Of a stretch of 64,000 nt of DNA, positions 25,581-34,917 are shown one piece after another. Location: assembly GCA_017463485.1 (NCBI GenBank), contig JAFTPD010000002.1, forward strand, positions 65,229 through 129,228, written 5' to 3'. Origin of the DNA: Clostridia bacterium (GTDB lineage: Bacteria; Bacillota; Clostridia; Oscillospirales; CAG-272). The notes beneath the pieces are model-generated. The model saw only the letters and a list, made by a program, of their open reading frames with translations, did no database searches and was not told the origin of the DNA. The first letter of the stretch is position 1; the number at the start of each line of letters is the position of its first letter. Both the position numbers and the translations under genes were made by a program.

Positions 25581-27632
25581 TTAATGGAGTCTTGTTCCTT
25601 CGGGAACAATGTCGTCAACGAAAATTACCTGACAGCCGCAAGCGTTGTTGGTAGCCGCCAGCAGCATGCCGTTGCTGGTAACGCCGGTAATACGCGCGGG
25701 AGTAAGGTTTGCAAGAACGATTATCTTTCGTCCAACAAGCTCGTCAGGCTTGTAGTCGTGCTTGATGCTGGAAACGATAACGCGTTCGCCAATACCGTCG
25801 CTGAGGGTCAGCTTGTAGCAGTTATGAGATTTGCGGATCTCCTGGCACTTGATTATCTTGCATACTCGCAGATCCATCTTGCCAAACTCGTCAATGCTTA
25901 CCTCCTCGGTGGAGATGGGAGAGACGGGATCGGGCTCGCCGTATACTTTTTCCTCCACTACGGGAGCGGCCGCCGCAGCCGCTGCCTCGTCAGCTGCGAT
26001 CTCATCATCCGTTCTCGCGTAGGAGAAGTCAAGCAGTCCTACGTACTGCGCAGGATCGATAGCATAGAGGAACAGATACAGACGCGGACCTCTTTCCTTG
26101 TCAATGAGCAGACGGTATACGTTCTTGAAGAACGCACCCTGATGACCCTTAAGCTCCTTGTCGGGCAGGTCCTCTCCGAATACGCGCTTGGGGATGGCGT
26201 AAAGCTCGGAGTTCAGCTCGTCAAGGGAGTAGCCACCCTTTGCAAGATATTCGTGGAGCAGTGCGATCTCGCGCTTCTCGTCGTCGGAAAGTGCTTCGTA
26301 TACTTCAAAGTTTCGAGTCTTGCGCAGACGGTTCACCTGGTCGGGGGCGCACTGCTCCAGCCAATATTTAGCTCTGTCAAGACGGTCTGAAAATTGCTCT
26401 GCCTTGTAAGGCGTGCCGATCTTCTCGAAAACGGTTTCGAGCATGGGCACGTTAAAGTTTACAATAGATCCGAGCTGAACGAGCAGACTCATGGGAACGG
26501 TTTCGATCTCATTGCCCTCAATGTGGCAAAGATCCATAATGTCACAAATAAGGTCGGACGCCTTGCCCTCGCGCACGTCGGTCAGCATCTTGTCAAACTC
26601 GAAATATTGACGCAGAATTCCGTCGTCAAAGCAAATGTCAAACGCCTTTACGGGGTCGGTCTTTGCGTACAGCCACAAAAGCACCTCGGGCTGATACAGC
26701 TTAAGCAGAGTTTCGGGGGTGAGGTTAAGTCCGGAGGAGCTGGACATCTTGCCCGTCATGCCCTTGATTCCGATAAACTCGTATCCCTGATAGATGGGCG
26801 CGTCGTGACCGAATATCTTTTTTGCGATAAGCTTGGAGTTGTTGTAAGAGCCCGTGGGGGCGGAGTGGTCCTTTCCTCCCGGCTCAAAGTCAACGCCCTC
26901 GTATCCCCAACGCATAGCCCAGTCAACCTTCCAACCAAGCTTGCAGTTGAAGTTTTCAAGGAAATTGAAGTGTCCCTTGTGGCCGCAACGACAGGTATAG
27001 TCCGCCTCTGTGCCGTCCTCGGAGAAGGAGGTGATAGTGGTAAAGTCGGTGTGACACTCGGGGCAGAAGATGCTGACGGGGGAGTAAACAGCCTTCTCCG
27101 CATCATGCTCTGCGCGACGTTCCTCCTCGGATTTGGACATATCCTTGGTCTTGAAGGAGTCGAGAATCTCAAATATCTCACCGCGCTTCTGAATAGCAGT
27201 GATAAGCTTGTCCGTGTATTTACCCGAGCGGTACATCTCCGCCTGATGACGGCAGTCGAGCTTAATGCCGAAGGGAGCTATGCCGTTGAGAAATTCCTCC
27301 TCAAAATGCTCGGCGTAATTCTTGTGACAGCCCCAAGGGTCGGGCATGTCAACGTAAGGACAGCCAATGTATTTGTCGTAGCTGTCGCCCACAACTGCTT
27401 GAACGTTTGCAGGGATCTTACGGCAACGGTCAAACTCGTCCCAAGATATAAGCAGACGAGCCTTCTTGCCGCGCTTCTGCAAGGATTTGACAACGAAAAG
27501 GGGAGTGGCAACGTCACGGAAGTTACCGATATGGATAGAGCCGGAGGGGCTTACACCCGCCGCACAAACGTACTCCTCCTTGTCGGGATTTTTCTTGATA
27601 ATTTGCTCTGCAATTTCATCTGACCAATGCAT
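25581..27632 (-). CDS. lysK: class I lysine--tRNA ligase with fused C-terminal tRNA-binding (Trbp111/EMAP-like) domain
   Basis: MHWSDEIAE..SGSIHIGNFRD (HIGN), KMSSSSG (KMSKS), zinc-type CxxC..CxC. Ala-rich linker, then DLRVCKII..LVGRKIIVLANLTPARITGVTSNGMLLAA. Confidence 0.85.
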   Translation of the reverse strand: MHWSDEIAEQIIKKNPDKEEYVCAAGVSPSGSIHIGNFRDVATPLFVVKSLQKRGKKARLLISWDEFDRCRKIPANVQAVVGDSYDKYIGCPYVDMPDPWGCHKNYAEHFEEEFLNGIAPFGIKLDCRHQAEMYRSGKYTDKLITAIQKRGEIFEILDSFKTKDMSKSEEERRAEHDAEKAVYSPVSIFCPECHTDFTTITSFSEDGTEADYTCRCGHKGHFNFLENFNCKLGWKVDWAMRWGYEGVDFEPGGKDHSAPTGSYNNSKLIAKKIFGHDAPIYQGYEFIGIKGMTGKMSSSSGLNLTPETLLKLYQPEVLLWLYAKTDPVKAFDICFDDGILRQYFEFDKMLTDVREGKASDLICDIMDLCHIEGNEIETVPMSLLVQLGSIVNFNVPMLETVFEKIGTPYKAEQFSDRLDRAKYWLEQCAPDQVNRLRKTRNFEVYEALSDDEKREIALLHEYLAKGGYSLDELNSELYAIPKRVFGEDLPDKELKGHQGAFFKNVYRLLIDKERGPRLYLFLYAIDPAQYVGLLDFSYARTDDEIAADEAAAAAAAPVVEEKVYGEPDPVSPISTEEVSIDEFGKMDLRVCKIIKCQEIRKSHNCYKLTLSDGIGERVIVSSIKHDYKPDELVGRKIIVLANLTPARITGVTSNGMLLAATNNACGCQVIFVDDIVPEGTRLH

Positions 27633-27945
27633 AACGTACTCCTTAAAACTGAATTTTTATATACAAATTTTTTTACAAATAAAATTCGCGCCTGCGACAC
27701 AACATACTATTATAACATATATTTATATATATTTCAATAGCCAAATGTAAAAAATGTTTCCGCTGCCGACAAAATTTATGGTGCAATTTGCAAAAAAACG
27801 TTATGAGGGGCAAATACCTCAAATGTGAAAATTTAACTCTACATAAAACGGTGCAGACAAGGCAAACTAACTGTGAGCGGAGTATAGCGAAAAACAAACT
27901 CCGTCACAGGCGGCGAGATATCGACGTCGGAAAGGACACAAGAAA

Positions 27946-28161
27946 ATGATAATGGACAGAATTGCGCTCATTATTTCTATAATCGGTGCGCTTAACTGGG
28001 GTAGCATAGGACTTTTCCAGTTTGACCTTGTCGCATGGATCTGCGGTGGTATGGACAGCCTTGCGGCGCGCATTATTTATACAGTTGTCGCTCTTGCGGG
28101 AATTTGGTGTATTTCGCTTCTTTTCCGCACCAGAGAGGCTTTTGACTCTATTGAGGACTGA
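27946..28161 (+). CDS. DUF378 family small membrane protein
   Basis: IIGALNWGSIGLFQFDLVA motif, two TM segments. Confidence 0.8.
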   Translation: MIMDRIALIISIIGALNWGSIGLFQFDLVAWICGGMDSLAARIIYTVVALAGIWCISLLFRTREAFDSIED

Positions 28162-28169
28162 CCGCTTCG

Positions 28170-28468
28170 CGGAGTGAAATCGTGCTTCACACGGTGAAAT
28201 CACTTTGTGATGGAATTCGTCCTTCGGACGAGTGAAATGCGCCGTGCAGATTTTCTGCACGGCGCATTATCGTTGCTTTTTGCGTGGCGAAAAGCGTCCA
28301 TTTTCAATTAAATATCACAGTGGGTAAGGTACCCACGGGGGTTATAGAGACGGCTCTTGTTGTAACCATCTAAACAAATTTAAACAAAAACAAATTGCTG
28401 TAAAGTTCTTTGATCCAAACTTTCTTTCAAGAAAGTTTGGTGGGGTGTGGGGCAAAGCCCCACATATA
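28170..28468. repeat. copy B (uninterrupted) of the two-copy intergenic element
   Basis: Fills the whole DUF378-rarA gap. GTGAAAT-hairpin units (28174-28265), then ATTATCGTTGC... (28266-28312), then the three-hairpin module (28315-28468). Confidence 0.7.
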
Positions 28469-29698
28469 TTACTTTTTCTTGATAGCATCCCAATACGCCT
28501 TGGCGGCTTGTTCGGTCTTGTTTTCGCCGGGAATGTAGTATTTTCTATCCTTGAGGCTATGCGGCAAATACTGTTGATCTACATAGTGATTTGGATAGTC
28601 GTGGGGATAGACGTAGCCCTTGAAAAGCGGGCTTTTGAGGTGAGTGGGGATATCCTTGCCGAGTCCTGCCTTGACATCCTCCGAAGCGGCGGCAAGGGCA
28701 AGGTAGGCGGAGTTGGATTTCGGAGCAGTGGCAAGCAGGAGAGCGGCGTTGATGAGGGGGATGCGCGCCTCGGGAAGCCCGAGCTCGCGCGCGGACATAC
28801 ATAGCGAATGAACGATAGCCGCCACCTGCGGGTAAGCAAGTCCGATATCCTCGCTGGCAATAACCTGAAGCCTGCGGCAAAGGGAAATGATCTCGCCACA
28901 TTCCAGCATCTTTGCAACGTAGAAGGCAGTCGCGTCGGGATCGGAGCCGCGAATGGACTTTTGCAGGCAGCCGAGCAGGTCGTAATGCACGTCGTCGTCA
29001 AAGTTGCCGACACCGCTGTCAAAGTCGGAAACGCATTCCTTGGTAATAGCAAAATTTGTCTGCTCCGACGTCGCATAATACGTGTTTTCAAGAAGCACCA
29101 CGGCGCGTCGCACATCGCCGCCCGATAAGCCTGCGATCTTCAACGCCACGCCCTCGTCAAGCGTTACAGATGAAGCGTAAGTGGAGTTGAGATAGTCAAG
29201 CGCGCGGTAAAGCATGGGCAGTATGCTCTTTGGTAAAACGGGCTTGAATTCAAACAGTGAGGAACGCGAAATTATCGCGTTGTGAACGTAAAAATGCGGG
29301 TTTTCGGTGGTGGACGCGATAAGCGTTATGCGCCCGTCCTCCATGTATTCCAGCAGTGATTGCTGCTGCTTTTTATTGAAGTATTGGATCTCGTCGAGAT
29401 ACAAAAGAATACCGTTTGAGCCGAACAGCCCACCCGTTTCCGAAAGTATGCTTTTGACGTCGGCAAGGGAGGCGGTGGTGGCGTTGAGCTTGTGAAACTC
29501 CATCCCCGACATTTTAGCAATAATTGACGCAGAAGTAGTCTTGCCCGTGCCGGGAGGGCCGAAGAATATCATGTTAGTAACTCTGCCCGCAGACAGCATA
29601 CGGCGAAGCACTCCGCGTGGACCGAACAAATGCTCCTGACCTACGATCTCGTCAATATTTGACGGTCTTATCGCATCAGCAAGAGGGGATTGAACCAT
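28469..29698 (-). CDS. rarA: replication-associated recombination protein A (AAA+ ATPase)
   Basis: FFGPPGTGKTT Walker A, LYLDEIQYFNK Walker B, C-terminal MgsA domain. Start at Met after AAAGGAG. Confidence 0.9.
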   Translation of the reverse strand: MVQSPLADAIRPSNIDEIVGQEHLFGPRGVLRRMLSAGRVTNMIFFGPPGTGKTTSASIIAKMSGMEFHKLNATTASLADVKSILSETGGLFGSNGILLYLDEIQYFNKKQQQSLLEYMEDGRITLIASTTENPHFYVHNAIISRSSLFEFKPVLPKSILPMLYRALDYLNSTYASSVTLDEGVALKIAGLSGGDVRRAVVLLENTYYATSEQTNFAITKECVSDFDSGVGNFDDDVHYDLLGCLQKSIRGSDPDATAFYVAKMLECGEIISLCRRLQVIASEDIGLAYPQVAAIVHSLCMSARELGLPEARIPLINAALLLATAPKSNSAYLALAAASEDVKAGLGKDIPTHLKSPLFKGYVYPHDYPNHYVDQQYLPHSLKDRKYYIPGENKTEQAAKAYWDAIKKK

Positions 29699-29945
29699 GT
29701 ATCTCGCTCCTTTCCTAATTTGATAACTCTCCTTACATTCTACCACAATCGCCGTCGTTTGTCAATCGACAAGCAAAAATATGGCACAAAAAGTTGAAAT
29801 TTCCGAAAAATTCGCGCCTTCTTAATGAAAACTTAATAATCTGCGCACTAAAATTTATAAAATCGCTATTGATATATTATAAAATATATGTTATAATGTA
29901 ATTTGAATTTTACGATGGACGTATTTTGTCGAAAGGCGGCGAAAA

Positions 29946-30542
29946 ATGAATAAAAAGATCGACCTCATCCTCGCATCCGCATCACCGCGAAGAAGCGAGA
30001 TACTCACCTCGCTCGGTGTTGATTTCCGAGTGCTCGTGTCGGATGCAGACGAATCCTCCGACGCAACCGACGCAGGTGCGCACGTTGAGAGCATAGCCCG
30101 CGCCAAGTGTCTTGCTGTGGCAGATTCCCTTGGCGGAGTTGAGAATATAGATGGCGACAAAATGATACTCGCCGCAGATACTCTTGTGGTGGCGGACAGT
30201 GAGTTTTTAGGTAAGCCCTCAGACGCCGAGGATGCCGCGCGAATGCTCCGACAGCTTTCGGGACGCGAGCATTTCGTTGTAACGGGATTTGCCGTCTGCT
30301 ATGACGGGAGGGTGAGCGTATCACACGAAAAAACCGTTGTCAGATTTGCAGAAATGACAGACTCGGATATAGATAGCTACGTGGATAGCGGCGAGCCGTT
30401 CGGCAAGGCGGGAGCTTATGCCATACAAGGGCGCGGCGCAAGATATATTGAGGGCATCACGGGCGATTATTTTAACGTCGTGGGTCTGCCCGCACACAAA
30501 ATTTTTGATTTCGTAAGACGGGAGTTCGGTGTCGAGCTTTAA
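29946..30542 (+). CDS. maf: Maf-like nucleoside triphosphate pyrophosphatase
   Basis: ILASASPRRSEIL, GKAGAYAIQG motifs. Confidence 0.9.
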   Translation: MNKKIDLILASASPRRSEILTSLGVDFRVLVSDADESSDATDAGAHVESIARAKCLAVADSLGGVENIDGDKMILAADTLVVADSEFLGKPSDAEDAARMLRQLSGREHFVVTGFAVCYDGRVSVSHEKTVVRFAEMTDSDIDSYVDSGEPFGKAGAYAIQGRGARYIEGITGDYFNVVGLPAHKIFDFVRREFGVEL

Positions 30543-30587
30543 CGCTCTGCAAACACAGCTTGATTTTTGCTGAAAGGAGGAATGTCT

Positions 30588-31595
30588 ATGGCACAGATCG
30601 TGGGACTTGATCTGGGTACTGCTTATACGCGCATCTGGCTTGACGGAAAAGGAATAATACTGCGTTGCCCATCGGCGGTTGCTATGGACAGCCAGACTCA
30701 CGATATAGTGGCGGTTGGCGAGAAGGCGCGGATGATGCTGGGCAAAACGCCCGAGGATATCCTCGCATACAGCCCCGTAAAGGACGGCACCATCGCCGAT
30801 TTCCAAGCGGCGGCGGGAATGGTGAACGAGTTTTTCTACAACAAGCACCTCTCCTCGCTGTTCAACCGTCCCACTGTTATTGTCACTGAGCCTTACAGCA
30901 TAAACGAGGTTGAAAGCCTTGCCGTTGAAAACGCAGTGCTTGCGGCGGGCGCAAGATCGGTGGCACAGATACCTGCCGTGTACGCGGCGGCAGTAGGTGC
31001 AGGACTTAACGTAAGCAGTCCGAGAGGATGTATGATAGTCAATATCGGAGCGGGCAGGGCAGAGGCGGCTATAATCAGCTCCTGCGGCATCATCCGCGCG
31101 CGCTCAATGAAGCTCGCGGGCGAAAAATTTGATATGGCGATAAGCAATTACCTCAAAAAGAATATGGGAATACTTGTCGGTGACCGCACGGCGCATAAGC
31201 TGAAAATAAACGTCGGAACGGCGTTGCCCTCCATTGACAGAGGCTATATGACCGTCCACGGGCAGAACGACCGCACCAAGCTTCCGCTCAGCCTTGACGT
31301 ACATAGCTCACACGTCAGCGAGGCACTCCTGCCGTGTATCGAAGCAATATCCAGAATGATAATGAGTACCTTTGACGGTGCGCCGCCCGAAATTATTGGC
31401 GATATATATAATTACGGCTTTATGCTGAGCGGCGGAAGCGCACTGCTGCCCGGACTGCCCGAGGTGCTGTCAAAGAAAACGGGGCTTCGCGTGACGGTGG
31501 CAAAGAATCCGCGCGATACCGTAGTTGAAGGACTTGGTACGCTTATTGCTAAGCCGTACCTTTACGGTGACTCGCCGCAGTTTAAGATCAAATAA
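30588..31595 (+). CDS. MreB-family actin-like protein (divergent)
   Basis: GLDLGTAYTR, VKDGTIADF, NIGAGRAEAAI, LSGGSALLPGL. Motif variants differ from canonical MreB. ATG is 7 nt after AAAGGAGG. Confidence 0.8.
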   Translation: MAQIVGLDLGTAYTRIWLDGKGIILRCPSAVAMDSQTHDIVAVGEKARMMLGKTPEDILAYSPVKDGTIADFQAAAGMVNEFFYNKHLSSLFNRPTVIVTEPYSINEVESLAVENAVLAAGARSVAQIPAVYAAAVGAGLNVSSPRGCMIVNIGAGRAEAAIISSCGIIRARSMKLAGEKFDMAISNYLKKNMGILVGDRTAHKLKINVGTALPSIDRGYMTVHGQNDRTKLPLSLDVHSSHVSEALLPCIEAISRMIMSTFDGAPPEIIGDIYNYGFMLSGGSALLPGLPEVLSKKTGLRVTVAKNPRDTVVEGLGTLIAKPYLYGDSPQFKIK

Positions 31596-31609
31596 CCGAG
31601 GAGAAAGTT

Positions 31610-32725
31610 ATGAGTGAAGAAAATATAAACATTACACAAAATAACGAGCAAAAAAGAGTGACACCGCTCGCAATAGATTTTGTCTTGCTCGATAAGGAAA
31701 ATACCATGCAGGCAAGAAGGGATTTTTCCGCCGTTGGTATAGCGCTTGCACTGCTTGCACTCGTGCGGCTTGCGGCACAGACGGTAATGATGGGCGTTAT
31801 ATACCTTTTCTTTCCCGCCGTTGTCGACGCTTGGTGGATGAATTGGCTTTTGTCCATAGTTCCGCTTTACGTTTTCGCGCTTCCAGTGTTTATGCTTGCG
31901 CTCCATAAGGTGAGGACCGCGCCGCACGCGGACACCTACCTTGTTAAAGGCAGACTCGGCGAGGAGGATACGCTCCTATCCAAGCCGCGCTTCGGCGTGA
32001 AGGAGCTGCTCCTTTTTGCGGTGGCTTCAATGGGCGTTATGTATATCGGCAGCTATATCGGCGAGACCGTTATGACTATTCTGTCGGCTATTATGGGCTA
32101 CGATTATTCCTCGGCGTTGGGAACTATGGTGGATGCAACCCCGCAGTGGTTTACCCTTATTATGACTTGCATTATCGCGCCCTTTGGCGAGGAGCTGATA
32201 TTCCGTAAGCTGCTTATCGACAAAACGCGCAGATACGGCGACGTCGTTGCAATAGTCGTGTCCGCACTGTCCTTCGGTCTGTTCCACATGAACTTTTACC
32301 AGTTCTTCTACGCTGTGCTTATCGGATTTATAGTGGCTTATGCTTACACGCTGACGGGTAAGCTCAGATGGAGCATTGCCATTCACTCATTCGTAAACTT
32401 TATCGGTTCTATCGTTATCCCCGCTATGGCGTCGAAAGTGGATTTCGAGGTGATAAACTCGGGGGATGTGAATGCTATTTTGGAGTCGATAATGGCAGCT
32501 CCCGTGGGATATCTGCTTTATGCATTTGCTCTCCTTCTTACCTATGCGGCGTCAATCGCGGCAGTGGTGATAATTATACTGAATTTCAAAAGGCTTGCCC
32601 TGTCAAAGGGTCGGGTACAGCTCGTATCCGCTAAGCTGTCAAGCGTGACTGTAAACAACGGCGGAATGATATTCGCTATCATTGTGATGGCGTTGATGTT
32701 TGCGCTGAATCTCTTGCCCGCGTAA
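31610..32725 (+). CDS. CPBP family intramembrane glutamic endopeptidase
   Basis: FGEELIFRK, FGLFHMN and AIHSFVNF motifs, multiple TM segments. Confidence 0.8.
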   Translation: MSEENINITQNNEQKRVTPLAIDFVLLDKENTMQARRDFSAVGIALALLALVRLAAQTVMMGVIYLFFPAVVDAWWMNWLLSIVPLYVFALPVFMLALHKVRTAPHADTYLVKGRLGEEDTLLSKPRFGVKELLLFAVASMGVMYIGSYIGETVMTILSAIMGYDYSSALGTMVDATPQWFTLIMTCIIAPFGEELIFRKLLIDKTRRYGDVVAIVVSALSFGLFHMNFYQFFYAVLIGFIVAYAYTLTGKLRWSIAIHSFVNFIGSIVIPAMASKVDFEVINSGDVNAILESIMAAPVGYLLYAFALLLTYAASIAAVVIIILNFKRLALSKGRVQLVSAKLSSVTVNNGGMIFAIIVMALMFALNLLPA

Positions 32726-32760
32726 GAGATATTGAATTTTTGCGAAAGGAGTGCCACGGC

Positions 32761-34917
32761 GTGTATATCCATAACAAAAAAGCTGCGCGTATCGCGGCGC
32801 TCGGCGCTTTTTTCGCGATATGCTGTATAGTTTACATAATCCGCCTCGGCACTCTGGAGCTGAGCGGTGAAAATATCGGCGGGCATAAAAGCGACGGTAC
32901 GACCCAACGATCCGTTATCGTTCAGGCTCAAAGGGGACAGATATACGACCGAGAGGGCAGAGTGCTGGTGTCCAACAGCTATACCTACGATATCACTCTT
33001 GATTACAGCGTTTTCCCCAAGGAGGAGTCCGAGCGCAACGGTGTTATTATAAAGGTTTTGGAGGCGCTTACAGCCTTTCGCGGCTATGCGGGATTTTCGG
33101 AGGAAAGATATCCTCTTGTCGGAGAGTACCCGAATCTCGAATATTCCGAGAGCGCATACGATACCGAGGGGAATACGTATTCCTCGCTCGTCTACTTTAT
33201 AGAGGAGAGCGGACTTCGCGCGGATGCTATCTCAAAGCTCCGCAAAAACGGTTACAGCCGTGACGGAGCGGCAAAGGAGTTTGACAGCGATCCGCTGAAA
33301 TACGTCAGTGCCGCCGACGTGGTGGAGTATATGACGGAGGAATACGGTCTTTTGCTGTCCGACGGCGAGAGCGGCGAGCGGTACTTTTCGGATTACGAGG
33401 TAGAGCTTTTGCTCATGATCCGATACAGTATGGTAGTATCCGGCTTTTCCCGTGCAAACGATTATACTTTTATTAAAAACGTCCCGCTGGATACCATAAC
33501 GTCCGTCCTTGAATGGGGACTTGACGGCGTCTGGTATTCCGTTTCGGCGACGCGCGTTTACGAATACCCGGGATACGCTTCCCACATTCTCGGTCAGACA
33601 GGACCGATATACGCGGAGGATTGGGAATATTACAAGTCCAAGGGCTACAATATGAACGCCACGGTTGGAATTTCCGGCTGTGAGCTTGCGTTTGAGGAAT
33701 ATCTGCGCGGCTCGGACGGCGTGAAAGTGGTCGTAGAGGATAAAAACGGCAACGTGGTGGACGAGTATATGAAGACCGAGGCCATAGCAGGTCGCGACGT
33801 GTATCTCACCATAGATATCAATCTGCAAATAGCCGCAGAGGACGGACTGAAGGATAACGTTGCGTACGTCAACGGTCTTTCCACGGGTACGGAAAGCCGC
33901 GCGGGTGCGTTGACGGCGATAGATCCGTCAAACGGAGAGGTGCTTGTGCTTGCATCCTATCCAAGCTTTGACCTTACCACGCTTGGCGAGGACTACAATA
34001 CGCTTGCCTCCGACGAGGCACTGCCTCTGCTCAACCGCGCGCTTCAGGGAACGTATGCGCCCGGATCTACCTTTAAGCCCGGTGTGGCACTTGCCGCGCT
34101 GTGCGAGGGAGTAGTCGGCGCATCAACACGTGTCGACTGTGAGGGCGTGTATAGATATTACGATAGCTATCAACCAAAATGCTGGGTGTATAACAGCACC
34201 TCCAGCCCCATAAAAATGCACGGACCTATCAACGCCGTCGGCGCGCTTGAGGTGTCCTGTAACTGCTATTTTTATGAGGTCGGCAGAGTTATGGGTATTG
34301 ACGTCCTAAACCGCTATTCCAACGGCTACGGACTTGGACTCAGTACGGGAATTGAGCTGTCCGAGGCTGTGGGAAGTCTTGCAGGTCCCGCTTACCGCGC
34401 GGACTATCACCTCATAGATTGGCAACCCACCGATACGATTGCCGCCGCCATAGGTCAGTCGGATAACGCATTTACGCCGCTTCAGCTAAGCTCGTATATC
34501 TCTACCGTTGTCAATTACGGAACGAGATACAAAACGCACCTTTTGCTCAAGGTAGTGGATTTTGCAACGGGTGAAGTGGTCTATGCCCCCGAGGCTGAAA
34601 TAATGAGCGCTATGGAATTGCCCGAGGAGCACGTTTCTACAGTTATTCGCGGAATGGAAAGAGTGGTGTCGGAGGGCGATACCGTAGGTTATTTTATGCG
34701 AAACGTTCCCGTCACCGTGGCGGGTAAAACGGGTACTGCACAGGTTGGCGGCGATCAGTCGGATAACGGACTTTTCGTTTGCGTTGCACCCTCAAGATCG
34801 CCCGAAATAGTTATCAGCTCGGTGGTCGAGCGGTGCGGCGGCGGATCTTATGCGGCGCTTGCCGCGGCGCGTGTGCTTGAGGAATATTATAATCCGAGTG
34901 AGGAGGTCGTGGAGTAA
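32761..34917 (+). CDS. mrdA: penicillin-binding protein 2 (class B transpeptidase)
   Basis: N-terminal TM anchor. STFK, SCN and KTGTAQ motifs. Start set to GTG 9 nt after GAAAGGAG; this start is uncertain. Confidence 0.85.
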   Translation: MYIHNKKAARIAALGAFFAICCIVYIIRLGTLELSGENIGGHKSDGTTQRSVIVQAQRGQIYDREGRVLVSNSYTYDITLDYSVFPKEESERNGVIIKVLEALTAFRGYAGFSEERYPLVGEYPNLEYSESAYDTEGNTYSSLVYFIEESGLRADAISKLRKNGYSRDGAAKEFDSDPLKYVSAADVVEYMTEEYGLLLSDGESGERYFSDYEVELLLMIRYSMVVSGFSRANDYTFIKNVPLDTITSVLEWGLDGVWYSVSATRVYEYPGYASHILGQTGPIYAEDWEYYKSKGYNMNATVGISGCELAFEEYLRGSDGVKVVVEDKNGNVVDEYMKTEAIAGRDVYLTIDINLQIAAEDGLKDNVAYVNGLSTGTESRAGALTAIDPSNGEVLVLASYPSFDLTTLGEDYNTLASDEALPLLNRALQGTYAPGSTFKPGVALAALCEGVVGASTRVDCEGVYRYYDSYQPKCWVYNSTSSPIKMHGPINAVGALEVSCNCYFYEVGRVMGIDVLNRYSNGYGLGLSTGIELSEAVGSLAGPAYRADYHLIDWQPTDTIAAAIGQSDNAFTPLQLSSYISTVVNYGTRYKTHLLLKVVDFATGEVVYAPEAEIMSAMELPEEHVSTVIRGMERVVSEGDTVGYFMRNVPVTVAGKTGTAQVGGDQSDNGLFVCVAPSRSPEIVISSVVERCGGGSYAALAAARVLEEYYNPSEEVVE

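Noticed and set aside
25575-27623. 271-aa and 409-aa plus-strand ORFs
   Set aside because: Both are antisense to the class I LysRS gene.
27633-27945. Looked for a T-box or L-box leader upstream of the class I LysRS gene and a riboswitch upstream of the DUF378 gene
   Set aside because: There is no GGGTGGTACCGCG-type T-box sequence or terminator/antiterminator pair on the minus strand. Only a plausible TTGAAA/TATAAT promoter and a plain leader of about 80 nt are present.
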